From: Phoronis australis
Taxonomy: Eukaryota > Animalia > Phoronida
Assembly: GCA_002633005.1 (NCBI GenBank)
Contig: NMRA01000202.1
Coordinates: 370,688-434,687 of the forward strand
Length of the DNA stretch: 64,000 nt
Reading direction: 5' to 3'
Below are positions 52,481 through 64,000 of this stretch, piece after piece. The number at the start of each line of letters is the position of its first letter. Position 1 is the stretch's first letter. The position numbers were made by a program, and so were the translations under genes. The notes beneath the pieces are model-generated. The model saw only the letters and a list, made by a program, of their open reading frames with translations, did not search any database and had not been told where the DNA came from.

Positions 52481-53764
52481 CGGGCAAATCACAATCAAGG
52501 TCCATATTCGGTGACCACTTTTGGTGAAAAATGAAGGTTGTCATATAACTGTAAAAGCTGGGTTATTTTAGAGTACCATCATACCAGGTTTGTAATCTAA
52601 AATATTTTTGCACAAGAACCACCAAGTAAAATTTTATGGCCTTATGCATCACAGTTGTGCAAAAGGGTACGTACACTACAACTTGTGGTCACATCCAACT
52701 TCTACCATGCAAAAATTCATAAGGTAGCTGTTAATTTAACAAGTTCTTGATCAAATTGAAGAAGTATCACATACTAAAGTAAGAAAAGTTATTACCGTGC
52801 TGATCAAGTTGTTCTAGATGATGATACATTGCACATCTTAACAAAGTATAATGAGAACTTCCTCTCTTGCAGTGATTCTTACAAAAAGAAAACGACAAGT
52901 AACTACTTTTTTGCTATTTGCCTAGTTTTCAATACATTCACTGGTTGGTTAAAATAGTTAAAGCAACTCTAGGCCTAGTGTTCCACTTGTAAACAGTAAA
53001 AAATGGTACTGGTTGGGGGGTACGTACACTACGCACAGTCAATCAACTTCAAATTTTGACTAAGTTACAAATGTATGGGATAGTCTCGAGTTTTGTGCTG
53101 CCTCTACTTGTTTGATTCGTCTTTGTTGTATGTCTTTTTCCCTATGGTTCAGGGTTACTTATGAATCCAGGAACAAGAACTGAAATATGCAGGTTTCGTG
53201 ATAACGTTGGAGAACGGTAACACTTATATAAGGTGTTACAACTGTCATCGATATTGTCATCTCCTCTGTTTTCATCCAACCTCCCCTAATTAAAACTTGA
53301 ATGAAGAGGACCTTCAGTACTTGAGTGAGCACGGTATACTGTGTGATTTACGATGAATTATTCAACGGTTCTTTTAAGAACCATTCACGGTATACCTAAG
53401 GCTCAAGTCATGCACACTACAACTAACGGCCCTTTTAAGGGCCACTCAACTCTTCCCAGAAGAACTGCTCACTTGAGAATGTTGAATTATAAACATGCAA
53501 AGATTAAACTAGTCAAATCGTTGCAGAGGCGCATTTTTAATTCGAACAAAATTAATATTTTTCTAAACCAAAAACGTTAGAAGTATCTTTTGCATTTACA
53601 GGTACTCGTTGGAATTTGTGCACAAACATGCTTTCGTAGTTTTCTCAAACTGTCCGATAACTATGTTGCTATGCTATTGGGCAAGCAGACGACATAATCA
53701 GTCGGCACCGAAGTTTGAATTTTGTAATTAATTACCAGTAGCACTGCCAAAAATACTCACGATA

Positions 53765-54789
53765 CAGTGGCGTATCTAGGATATCGTAAGGTGGGGGCCC
53801 AACATTTTTGTCCGGCTGTAAGCATTTGCGCAAACCACGACTGTAGATGCGCATAGTACCGAATGGGGGAGGTCGGGAGGGGGGGGCAAACCCCCCTCCC
53901 GCCCAGGAAATTTTTCTGTTTTTTCCTCTAAACATCAAGCATTTTCCTTGATTTCTAAAGTATTATCCAAGAAAAAAGGCAAAAAGGCGGAGAACGTGTC
54001 AAACAGGAAATCTGCAAGATACCAGAGACTCGAACTCACAACCTGGCGAATAGAGCGCGCATGCTTAACCACCACACCACTACGACTTAACTACTAATAA
54101 TATACTAAGAGACCTACTTGTTTATGGTCCACAACGTTTGCGCGCGAAACCTACTTCTTTTTGTAATGCTTATTACACGTTTTATATTTTGTGCAATCGG
54201 TTCTTAACAAATTCGTTGTATTTAAAATAGTCTTTAAATGACCAAAAGACCAAATCCGTTTTTCGTGTTGGCAATAATGACGGAATTGCTTTGGAAATCG
54301 TCTTAAGTTAAGTTTCGACAAAGAGAGAATTGTGAATTTCTGAGTGATTCACTTAGGCTTCGATTAAAATTCACATCTTACCAGCAGCTTCTGTTTTTCC
54401 ATCGTCACTCAGGTTCCATTTTCTTTAAAAAATGAAGTAAATTTTCTTCATTGCACAGTGGAGCAGACGACGGAAACGGAGCAGTAGTGCGCAGCGCCAC
54501 TGCCGGTCGTCTGGGATATCGCGGGAGAGCCTTTACTTAGCCATCGTTCCGTTACGAATAAGCCGTGTTCCGAATTTGACACTTGAAATTGGATCTGAGC
54601 CCCCCCCCCCAAACACTAAAACTGCACATATTTAAATGTTGTTTCATCCGTATAATTTTAATTACCGGGGTTAATTAATAAACTCAACATTTCCCTAAGC
54701 TCTTGCTGTTTTATTTTTTTTGCGGCAGCCAAGTGGGGTGGGGGGGGGGGGTGTCCGGGCCCCCTGCCCTCCCCCTAAATCCGCCTATG
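53765..54789. mobile_element. 1-kb hAT5-like non-autonomous element with a 5-bp TSD
   Basis: CGATA|CAGTGGCGTATCTAGG...CCTAAATCCGCCTATG|CGATA; its 3' part recurs at 61701-61819. Confidence 0.82.
54018..54086 (-). pseudogene. tRNA-like relic or SINE head (pol III A and B boxes)
   Basis: The minus strand reads gtcgtagTGGTGTGGTGGttaagcatgcgcgctctattcgccaggttgtgaGTTCGAGTCtc; D-arm and T-arm are recognisable but the acceptor stem is broken. Confidence 0.6.
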
Positions 54790-57676
54790 CGATACCAACA
54801 CTTTTACTATTGAAAGACTTTGAATACCGTTTCAATGCCTAAATTAATACTTGTTTCGTTGTACTGGACAGTAAAGTAGATGCAAATATTTCTCGTCAAA
54901 ATACACTAACCGGAAACTGCACCAGAAAATTTAGGAGAGTGGCGGTGCCTCTTGGCTAGCACGGAAGAAAATGTCGGAGTTGCGAATCTGTTGTCTATAA
55001 TCTATGATTGCATGGTGTCAGCGGTCAGGAAATCTATATTTTCTCGGTCAGATGTTGCATTTTTCGTGGCCACGCCCATGAACATAAAACGCCTTGAGTA
55101 GCACCAAGTACAAAAAATAGTATTGTCGTCTTGCTAGAAACATGTAAATACATCGCTATGACTAGATTAATTGAGCTAGTCCCAGAATAAGTTGTAATCC
55201 AGTCATCCATTGATTTAGAATTTGTTGGATTAAAGTTACATTGCTTCCTACGTTTTCACAGACAATGCTGCTTTATAAACATTCAATACGTAAGTGCTGA
55301 AACGAGTTGTGAGCTGATTAATAAGAAACGGCTCCCACGCGGGTACTGGCTGTGATCATGAACTTGTTTGTCAACCGTCTTCTAGTGCGAAACACCTACA
55401 TGCATAACTCATATTTACGCAAAACAACACATGGGAAATTCATTGAGAAGAAAAATAACAGCAAAACAAAGTACTAATAAAAACCCGTGCCTAAAGAGCA
55501 AGTCAATTTTATCAAAAAAGACCAGTAGTCCACATTAAGCTATTTTTTCAAAACTCTCAAATTTGGAGCATTCACTAGAATGGACACCTTGGACCAGTTT
55601 TTCTTTCTTTCTAAATTAGCAATTATTGGGGGAGATGTCGCACCCCACATTCACCCAGAAATTATGCCAATGCCCTCGGGATCACTTTTTATGGGGTCAA
55701 ACTAATGTTAGATCGGTTTAGTACACCACAAACTGAGTTTTAGTGTGTCGCTGAGAAATAAATGCGCCAACGATTCTTGATCATTCCAGTGCAACGTCAA
55801 CATCCGCCTCTTCGTAATCCGTTGCTTTTTTGAAAAGGAACAGCGGTTTTTCGGCCGAAAAAATCTATGGAGGGGGGTGGAGTGGAGGTACATAAAACAA
55901 CAACATCTGTCGTGTTTTTGTGATATCATTTAACATTGCTGATTCTCAACAAAGGTTCCCAGTCAAAGTTAAATGAAAAATATGAGACTATCTAATCAGA
56001 TGTTTCACTGCTGGGCCCGTAAAATTGGCCGATACGAGTGGTGTATAGTGCTGATCAAAGCCAGCGTGAAAAAAGCCAAGGGATAATCCGTTGTGCGTGT
56101 GTGGGAAAAGGCATTCACGTTCGTGAAGCGCCCTCTCTAGAAAAACATTTGAAAACGAAAACGAGTGCTGGCTGCCGTACGAGATAAGTTTTAACTTATA
56201 AGTTAAAAAACATTTCCAGAAATGTCGCGACCGAAAAAACAATCGGGTGAGGTTGTATTCCTTTTCCTTAAATAGTCTGACATTCGTGTCTGATTTGATT
56301 GATTGTAACCCTAAATCTAAAATTGTTTTGGAAAGCTTATCATGTTTTCAGTCCTTAATCAACCGATTGAATCCGTCGATGAGTTTAAAAAAATTCGAAT
56401 GATCCTGTCCACAGCAGCCGACGGCATAGTTTTACAAATACGGTTTCCTAAACGGTCAAATCCGCTTTGTAACCAGGCCTATAGCATGATAATGTAACTG
56501 ATATCTTAAACAGTAGAATACTGTGCTGTTAAACATCATAAATGAACTCTAAAGCTGCTTGAGCTTGCGAGCAATGCGCTACCTAACGGTCACGTCGTTC
56601 GGAAGCCGAGAAGTCGATGGTCATTGGCCTCCCATATTTCTTGCAAAATTAAAAACAAAACAAAAAACGCGTAGGAAAATCGACGAATTTTTTCATGACA
56701 AAGTTTCGAACAACTATTGAAGAGTTGTCTAAGATAAATTCGCGTCTTTTATGGTTCATTGTCGCGGATCAGTTGTCATTTTAACTCTAGTATCTTGGCT
56801 GCCGTGAGATTCATTCGCCAAGTTTAGACACACTTGCATCACATATGTAGAGTGTTTGTACAAACACTGCACATCAAAAACACGTAAAAACTAAATCTGC
56901 ATAATTTATTCTAGACAGATTTTGTTAGCTAAACACCTGAAGATCAAATTTTGCATTAGCAAGAGAGCTGTTTTAGGAAAAGTGCGTTGTTAGATGTTTT
57001 GGAAACGTGTAACTGTGCAAAAACATAATGCTGATGCGTTAGTAATCAACTAGCCATTAAAATGCGACATTTTCGGACAACACCCTCACTTCAAAAGACG
57101 CAAATAGTTTCGCACGGGACCTGTTTCATCCGATTCCCCATGCTATTTGCTGCAAGTCATACGCTTAGGCTCAGATTTATATACAGCCGCGGGGACCTAA
57201 ATACGAGAATAGCATTTTTAAAAATATGATACCTGTAACATGAGTTAGAAATAAATATCTATATTAAGAAAATAGATCTTGATAACAAAGGTAGGCGTAT
57301 TTACCTCCAAACGCTCGCCAGTGTTAACAAATGTTTATTGAACTTCGTGGCAAATCCAAGCCAAATTTCGACTGTTAAAATTTGTTATAATGATGGTAAC
57401 AGGTACTCACCTTCATTCCGCGTTCCTCTGTCTACAGAGCTCATCAGTGACGGCAGGTGGTTTTATACCGTAATTTGTTAATGTCTACAGGGTGTTACGA
57501 AAAATACACACTGAAAATAGAGGCTCTTAATCAGTATAGCTCGGTAGCAGCCCTTTATTGGCACAAACTTGGTTGAAGGCACGACTGTGTGTTTTGTAAG
57601 ACAGCTTTTAACATATGTACTAGCTCATAATCCCTGTGCAATGTCCTACCTTCAGGCGTGCAGTTACGAAGCAAAC

Positions 57677-57975
57677 GTAGGAAATGACACATTTCGGTTA
57701 AAGATTTTGAAGTCTCTGTTGATCAGTCATGAAAAACCTGTGCTGAATGAGCAGCTCACCGGTGTGCAGCGCCCGCTGGTCATGTTCTGTTAGACTTGTG
57801 GGCTCCCTACCGTTTGATACACACTCCCTCCTTGCATGCCCTTCTGTCTGCTGTCACAGTTTATTTCACTTTTCATTTCGCTTCTACGCCCATTTCACCT
57901 ATTGCCTGACGATGAGACATGTGGTCTTGAATGTAGCAACTATTTTAACTTCTTAGTCCGTTATGTCTCTTGGTG
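57677..57975 (+). mobile_element. Penelope-like retroelement 3' fragment (GIY-YIG C-terminus plus a degenerate hammerhead)
   Basis: FRLKILKSLLISHEKPVLNEQ resembles the PLE tail LxIxExxxIxxxKPxLNxQ. Downstream lies ttgc-CTGACGA-tgagac-atgtg-gtct-tGAAtgta-gcaa (57902-57939). Confidence 0.7.
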
Positions 57976-60900
57976 GTTTGCTTCATAACTGCACGCCTGA
58001 AGGTAGGAGATTGTATAGATACTTCGATCGAGTATGTATTAAGCTGTCTAACAAAAAGTACAATACAAGTTTAGGTTCGTAATCGTAAACACATTGTAGA
58101 CAACCAATCAGAACACAGGCAGCACTTAGTTGAAATATCCATTAGAAAAAATGTACTCGAAAAGACTCACAAGTTTAATCAGATTTTGTCGAAAATGTCT
58201 AGCGCATACAGAGCCTGACTGAAAGGGAAAGCAAAAGATAATGGTAACTTACACTGCACACTTTCACTCCCACTTGTCCAGAAAATTATGAAATTTGTAC
58301 AATTTTACTGCGGCTTATCTTCGAGGGCTCATTCCCCTAGATGTCTCGATTGTCCGGCGGCACTCAGCAATTTTTCCTCATTTTTGTCTCCCTCAGGGTA
58401 AGCACTTTTGCTCTTCTACAAAATAATTAGAAATCATGAAACTTATGCATATTGATAATAAAACTTCATGAAACTTGCCTACCGTGTAAAATTAGACCAA
58501 GGTTGCATTTTCTGCTTTTTGGCCACGATAGAACAAGCCGGCGATACTCAAAAAAGTTGCAAAATGCACAAAATTGACGGTTTCTTAATCCAAAATCACG
58601 ACTCTTATGTGACTACTGTGTACCAACAGATAACGCACTCAGATTTGCATAACACCTTAAATTTTAAAAAAAAAGTTGTTAGAAAATGGTTGCCGGCCAG
58701 GGGGCTGCTTGTCGAAGAGTCTATAATTGACTTTTACCTAGAAATCAGTTTACGGTTGGCTTAGCCTGTTTTACGAAATTGGGCTAAGTCTTAAATTTTG
58801 AAAATCTGTCTGCACGACTCGAAGCCTGCGCGGGAGCAGGCTAAAAGCCAAAACAAACAGACAAAAATCAGCTTTTGGCTATAGACTCTTCGAGTAACAT
58901 GAAAAGTCTGAGGGGTACATGTACCTGTATTTTCAGCTAAAATTTGCCTTGCCGCCAGCCGTACGTGATAGAGTGTTAAGAACATCCACGTTAGCAAAAA
59001 AGGTCAACGGGCCAAAAACTGCATTTTTAAAAACAGATTCAATGAATCAAAATAGCATTCGTAAACACAGTATGTACACGTAGAGTAAATCTCAAAATGT
59101 CGAGACAATCCAGCACTCTCCAATTTCTACTGAAAAGAGGAATTGGACTGAAGTAGCTATTGAAGGCCACCTATACCCTGTGACACAGCGCCACCTGTAC
59201 TGAAAAGTGGCCCTGTGGAAACATGAACGCCGATACACGGAATTCCGTGGGTCGGCATCAATGCGCATGCTTGGTCGAAAGTTTATCGATCACATTGCCA
59301 CCACTTGCCCTGTACTTTTGTTTGGGTTTAGCCACGGGATCGGTGTTCCCTTGATTTTGTTTATTTCGATCACTGCACGTTTTAATAAATTGCAACTACT
59401 CAAGTCAAAGGTGGTCGCCACACTACATAACAGTAAACTGAAAGGGGTTTCCTAGATTTTAACTTAATGTTATGACGTCGGTTTCCAATGAGAAGCCATG
59501 ATAAACAACATTCCGCAGTGCTACCTTTCGTAGCATTTTGAAAGAGTGTAGGGCCACCTATTGACAGCCCGGATGCTTTCTCAGTGTTACGTGCTGTAAC
59601 AGGTGCTATAAACTAAATTCTTATCAATTAGTGTGCCTTCATTTTGGTACTTACACAAGTGTGTAGCGTGGAGTTTAATTTAGCTACATAACAACAATAG
59701 GGCAGACCCGAATTATGCAGCGAGACTCGACTCTCGCTGTATTTACCCACAACCGTCCGTCAACCTCTTTGTAGCGTCGTTTTCGCTCCACTGGAGTTCC
59801 AGGGGATATTTAATGTTAGTTTTTTTTTCTCTCCTGCATTATTCTATTCGTCCTTCCAATGCCAACGAAGTCACTTTTGTGCTGTGGGCTGCAAGTCCGA
59901 CAGGAGAAAGCTGGATAGACTTGACAAATTTCCGTGAATGCGTGATGTTAGGTTTCCGAGTACCTTCAGTGATATTCCAGATTAATGAAAACAGCCCGCT
60001 TCCTTACCTCCAGGAGAAAAGAGAGTAATCCGAGACTGCCCTGTTGATAGTCTATCCGCTTGTTTACTGCGACGACATTGCGATGTTTTGGACCCAGTAA
60101 AATGAAATAAAAATTACAAAATTAAAAGCGATAATAACAATTCGGTCAGAATTACGTGTCGCTGTAAAATATTAATCACTTCAAAAATTATTACGCGGTC
60201 TATCTTCATTTTTCTTAACACTCAGTAGCATACAACGGGTTCCACCGTTGGAGCACACCGACTAATCTAAACACATAATTTTGTAAACATTTCAAATGCT
60301 CAACTGCCCAGTTACCTGAATCAAAATTTAAAATAAATTGATGTGATTGTACATTTGCATTTCTGTAAGTGGGTTCCGAACGCCATAATAGCGTCAGACA
60401 CGTCTTCACTATACATCTGCATTCATAGAATGGGTCAGGAACTCTTTGATAAAAACGCCAACTCACTATCATCACATTGTCGCATAAAGTTGAGAAACTC
60501 GGACTTCAGGAGCTTGAAATGGAAACATGTGCAAATATTATATGTCATGACCTTTTCTATGATGTATCACTACTCACTGAGGTATCATTTTATTTCTTAC
60601 CTTCGATGAATGTAGTATACATTCTAAGCACTGCGGTGTAATGTAAGTTTTAAAACAATTTTTCTATCGTTTGTTCTTTTAACGATGTCGCTCGGAGAGC
60701 TACTGCACAGATGCGATCCGCAAACAAGGAGCATTTTAGACAATTTGAGAAATGCAGAAAGAAGTTATCTAACCACAAATGTCCATCGTTTTTAACGAAC
60801 TCTGCTCTTGAGAGGCACTACTGCCGAAGTATACTGAATTTTAGTAAAGATTATATTGATTTTCATATAACAGCGGTAATGTCGTGACTAATAATCACAA

Positions 60901-61700
60901 CAATAAACGTAATAATATAACTACCGTATTGCCGCGCCATTAGGCCCATGGGCCTCTGTGCAGAACAGCGCTTATGTGCGAATCTTAAGCGTATGCGCCT
61001 GTACGCGAACCACTTGGGTAAAAAAGCCGCTAAAAAGGCATTATTTCGGATATGGGCCCACACTGATTTTGCCCCTTTTGAACATCGACTTGTTTCATTC
61101 CTTAAGAAATTTCAGATCTAAACAGCTTAGTGTCAGGTGTGCTTTAAGATACTCGTGTGGCGTTGTTTGTTAGGAACATATTAAGTAAAGTTGCATTTTC
61201 AACAAAATGTTATGTAGGCCTATATGTGAGTTGATGTATGGGCCTATGCAGGAGACATTGGATGGACTTATTGGGGACAAATAAAACAACACAAGGATAA
61301 TATATTTTAGATTGTACTGGGAATTTCAGGGTCACGGCTCTACACTTTGTCAGGAGGTATCAGATGAGTACCTAAATTACAAGAGATAACAAACATTTAC
61401 AATACTCAATGTGTAATTGGGTATCGGATGCTAAGTGGCACTGGTTAGTATAGTACAATTAAAATGGGTACATAATATCGAATGGGTATTGGTCGATTGC
61501 CTGCCAACTGGGTGGAGCAAAACGGCAATTTTTTAGTAAGTACCAAAGGGGTACAAACTGCCAAATGGGCAAATATGATATAAAGTACCAAGTGGGTACA
61601 ACAAACAGCCAAATGGGATATAACAACCTCCAAATATACGCCCGATCGTATATTTCCTGTCAATTTTACACACTGGGGAGCAATACTGTAGCTGGCGCAC

Positions 61701-61819
61701 ACCGGGGTTAATTAATAAACTCAACATTTCCCTAAGCTCTTGCTGTTTTATTGCGGCAGCCAGGGGGGGGTGCAGGCCGGGCCCCCTGNCCCCCCCCCGC
61801 CCCGCTTATTCCGTCTATG
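61701..61819 (+). mobile_element. 3' end fragment of the 53765-54789 MITE family
   Basis: accggggttaattaataaactcaacatttccctaagctcttgctgttttatt is identical to 54664 onward. Confidence 0.8.
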
Positions 61820-64000
61820 GTCTCACAGGTAAGAGTTCATTGTTGAAAATTCACTTTAATTACGCTTTTGGTGTCCCTTTGTTATGAAACTTGGGAAGGT
61901 TTTAGGATTCGATCATGCATATTTTCCTAAATGGAAACTATTCCCTCTATAGGGCCTACTTAAATTGGGCATAACTTAGGATGGGCCTGTTTGCAGGATA
62001 CAGTACTGCTTGGTGATACGAGGAGCAGCTTGCAGATCGACCATGATTGGCTATCACATGCGCGCACCCAGGGGGGTGCTCGGATGAGCGCCCCCATTTG
62101 GCTAAGTGGGCAAAAAGGTCCGCCTCAGTGAAACAAAAAGTCCGAGAAAACGAGACAAAAGTCCGCTAAAACGGTGCAGACACACAGTGAAGGTGGTACC
62201 CCGTCTTTTTAGTTCTCCCGCTTTTTTGTCAGCAAAAGGTCCACATCGCCAGAAATTCGAACTCCCCCTATTAAAGGCTGGGTGCACGCATGTATCAGGT
62301 CCCTGTACTTACTTTCGAGACTCATCCTACGTAAGACACTTCAACACCTAACCATTCCTGGATCTGGTAGCACAAACCAAGGCTGTGGTGCACCTGGCTG
62401 AACTGACACTGTGCTATAAGTAGCAGCTTTCGCACAGAAGTCACCATGTCTGATAAATGACGTTGATGCAGTGGTGGGGGTGGGTGGGTTGCCATTGTGC
62501 AAATAAACTAGTACGAAACCTTAGTTGAAAGAAATTATTATTGTGATTGGTTGGCTTTGAAGGAAATCTCCGTTCGTTATTGACCAATTTTTTGCAAAGT
62601 AGACTTCTCACGGCATCTCTAAATTTCATTCGCTTGCCTTGGTCTCGAAGAAAGAGTAAACGAGCTCTTTGCAAGATCAGAATTCACTTTTTCCAAGTAA
62701 AGAGAAAATGGGGACCACATTTATGGCGGTAGTTGGCCTATAACACAATTTAACGCAGGTTTATTGCTGTTTCCAGTATCAATCATGTTAATCATGTGAG
62801 CTTATTGTCAATACGTTTGTTATTCTAGCGAACCTGGTCTCAAAAAGTATAGAAAAACACAATCCCTTCACACACGAACGCACGGATAATTTATGTCGTT
62901 ATAAAGAGTTGTGATGTTTCACTAAAAGCGTTCTATGCCAGTGGATAATGATAGGTATCGTACATGCCCAGTTCGTTGCTAAAGTTCACTAATATCTCCA
63001 TTATTTCTAGCATGTACTATATTGTGCATATTGTGCCATATACATCATGCATCCCGTAGCTCATACAGTGTTTATAACAACACATTTTTGTATTATGTAC
63101 TAGGAAAAATATATCTTATGTTTTCTTGTTTTATTTAATTTTGAATACCATTTCATCTGATGTCTTATATTAGTACCGTATTTCATGTCCCTTATTATCA
63201 CAGATAATATCTGGCAACTGGGTATGGATAAGGCCAAATTGTTCCCATTCTAGAAAATGTGGCTCCTCCAATAAGATTTTAGAAGACTTCCGATATGTTA
63301 CAGAGGAGCCCAAAAGCTTTCATTTTGCATATAATTCACTTCTGTTGCAATTGGTTTTGGGTATTTCATTACTTCACCTAGGCCAATTTCAGGTATCTTT
63401 CAACTCATAATGATGCTGGAAAGGTTACAGATTGTCCTGTTGCACTACGTGTACCTAATTCATGACATCAACTTAAGCGACAACAAACGTACATATACTA
63501 GGAAGATGTCGATTAGCTGTTGCCAATAATAGCTGCGAAGACAATATTTTGAACTGATATGACCTAGTTCTTGTTTTACACATTTAGATTCATTTCTATT
63601 ACATTTCTCAAGTATCTACACGTATAACTTACTTCGCACGTTACTTATTTGTTTTTTCATTGAAATTGTGCGTTTTGTTTTTCACAGCGTATATTTGTGT
63701 CAGTGCAATGTGGTTTGTTGTACATGAGATTATTGCGCGTGCTCATTTAAAGTCCTTGTTGCAAACTGCCCATGTGGTTCTATTATCCGAAAATACTTAC
63801 TACATAAATTCTTATTTTCGACACCCTTTCTTTATATTCTTTTCGCCTTTCTTGCCAAAAGCGATTTTTTAACAGTATTTGACCCATCTCTCTGAGCGTA
63901 TGATTACCGGTTGTCATCGGTTATTTCCGTACCCACATTTCCGGCTCATCAGTTCAGGAATTTGTCCTGAACGCCGCCATTTTTTCCTTGTAACTGAATG

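Overview
AT-rich eukaryotic DNA, most likely from an invertebrate animal judging by its transposon families. I could not support any intact host gene; the window is a dense mosaic of nested, decayed transposable elements. It contains: a candidate ~11.6-kb element (1632-13244) with inverted ends and an intron-containing Sola1-like (DUF7869-type) DDE transposase pseudogene; three Kolobok-type elements with TTAA or TTAA-like TSDs and THAP relics; an internally deleted Academ element; CR1-group and RNase-H-bearing LINE fragments; Penelope-like fragments with hammerhead-like motifs; many MITEs; and satellites. The most unusual structure lies at both ends of the large element: a 51-bp-period array of 34-bp palindromic cores (GCGGGGCCnnC-TATATTAATATA-GnnGGCCCCGC) joined by an asymmetric 17-bp linker whose orientation flips irregularly from unit to unit. 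All calls come from reading the sequence by eye; no database search was run.
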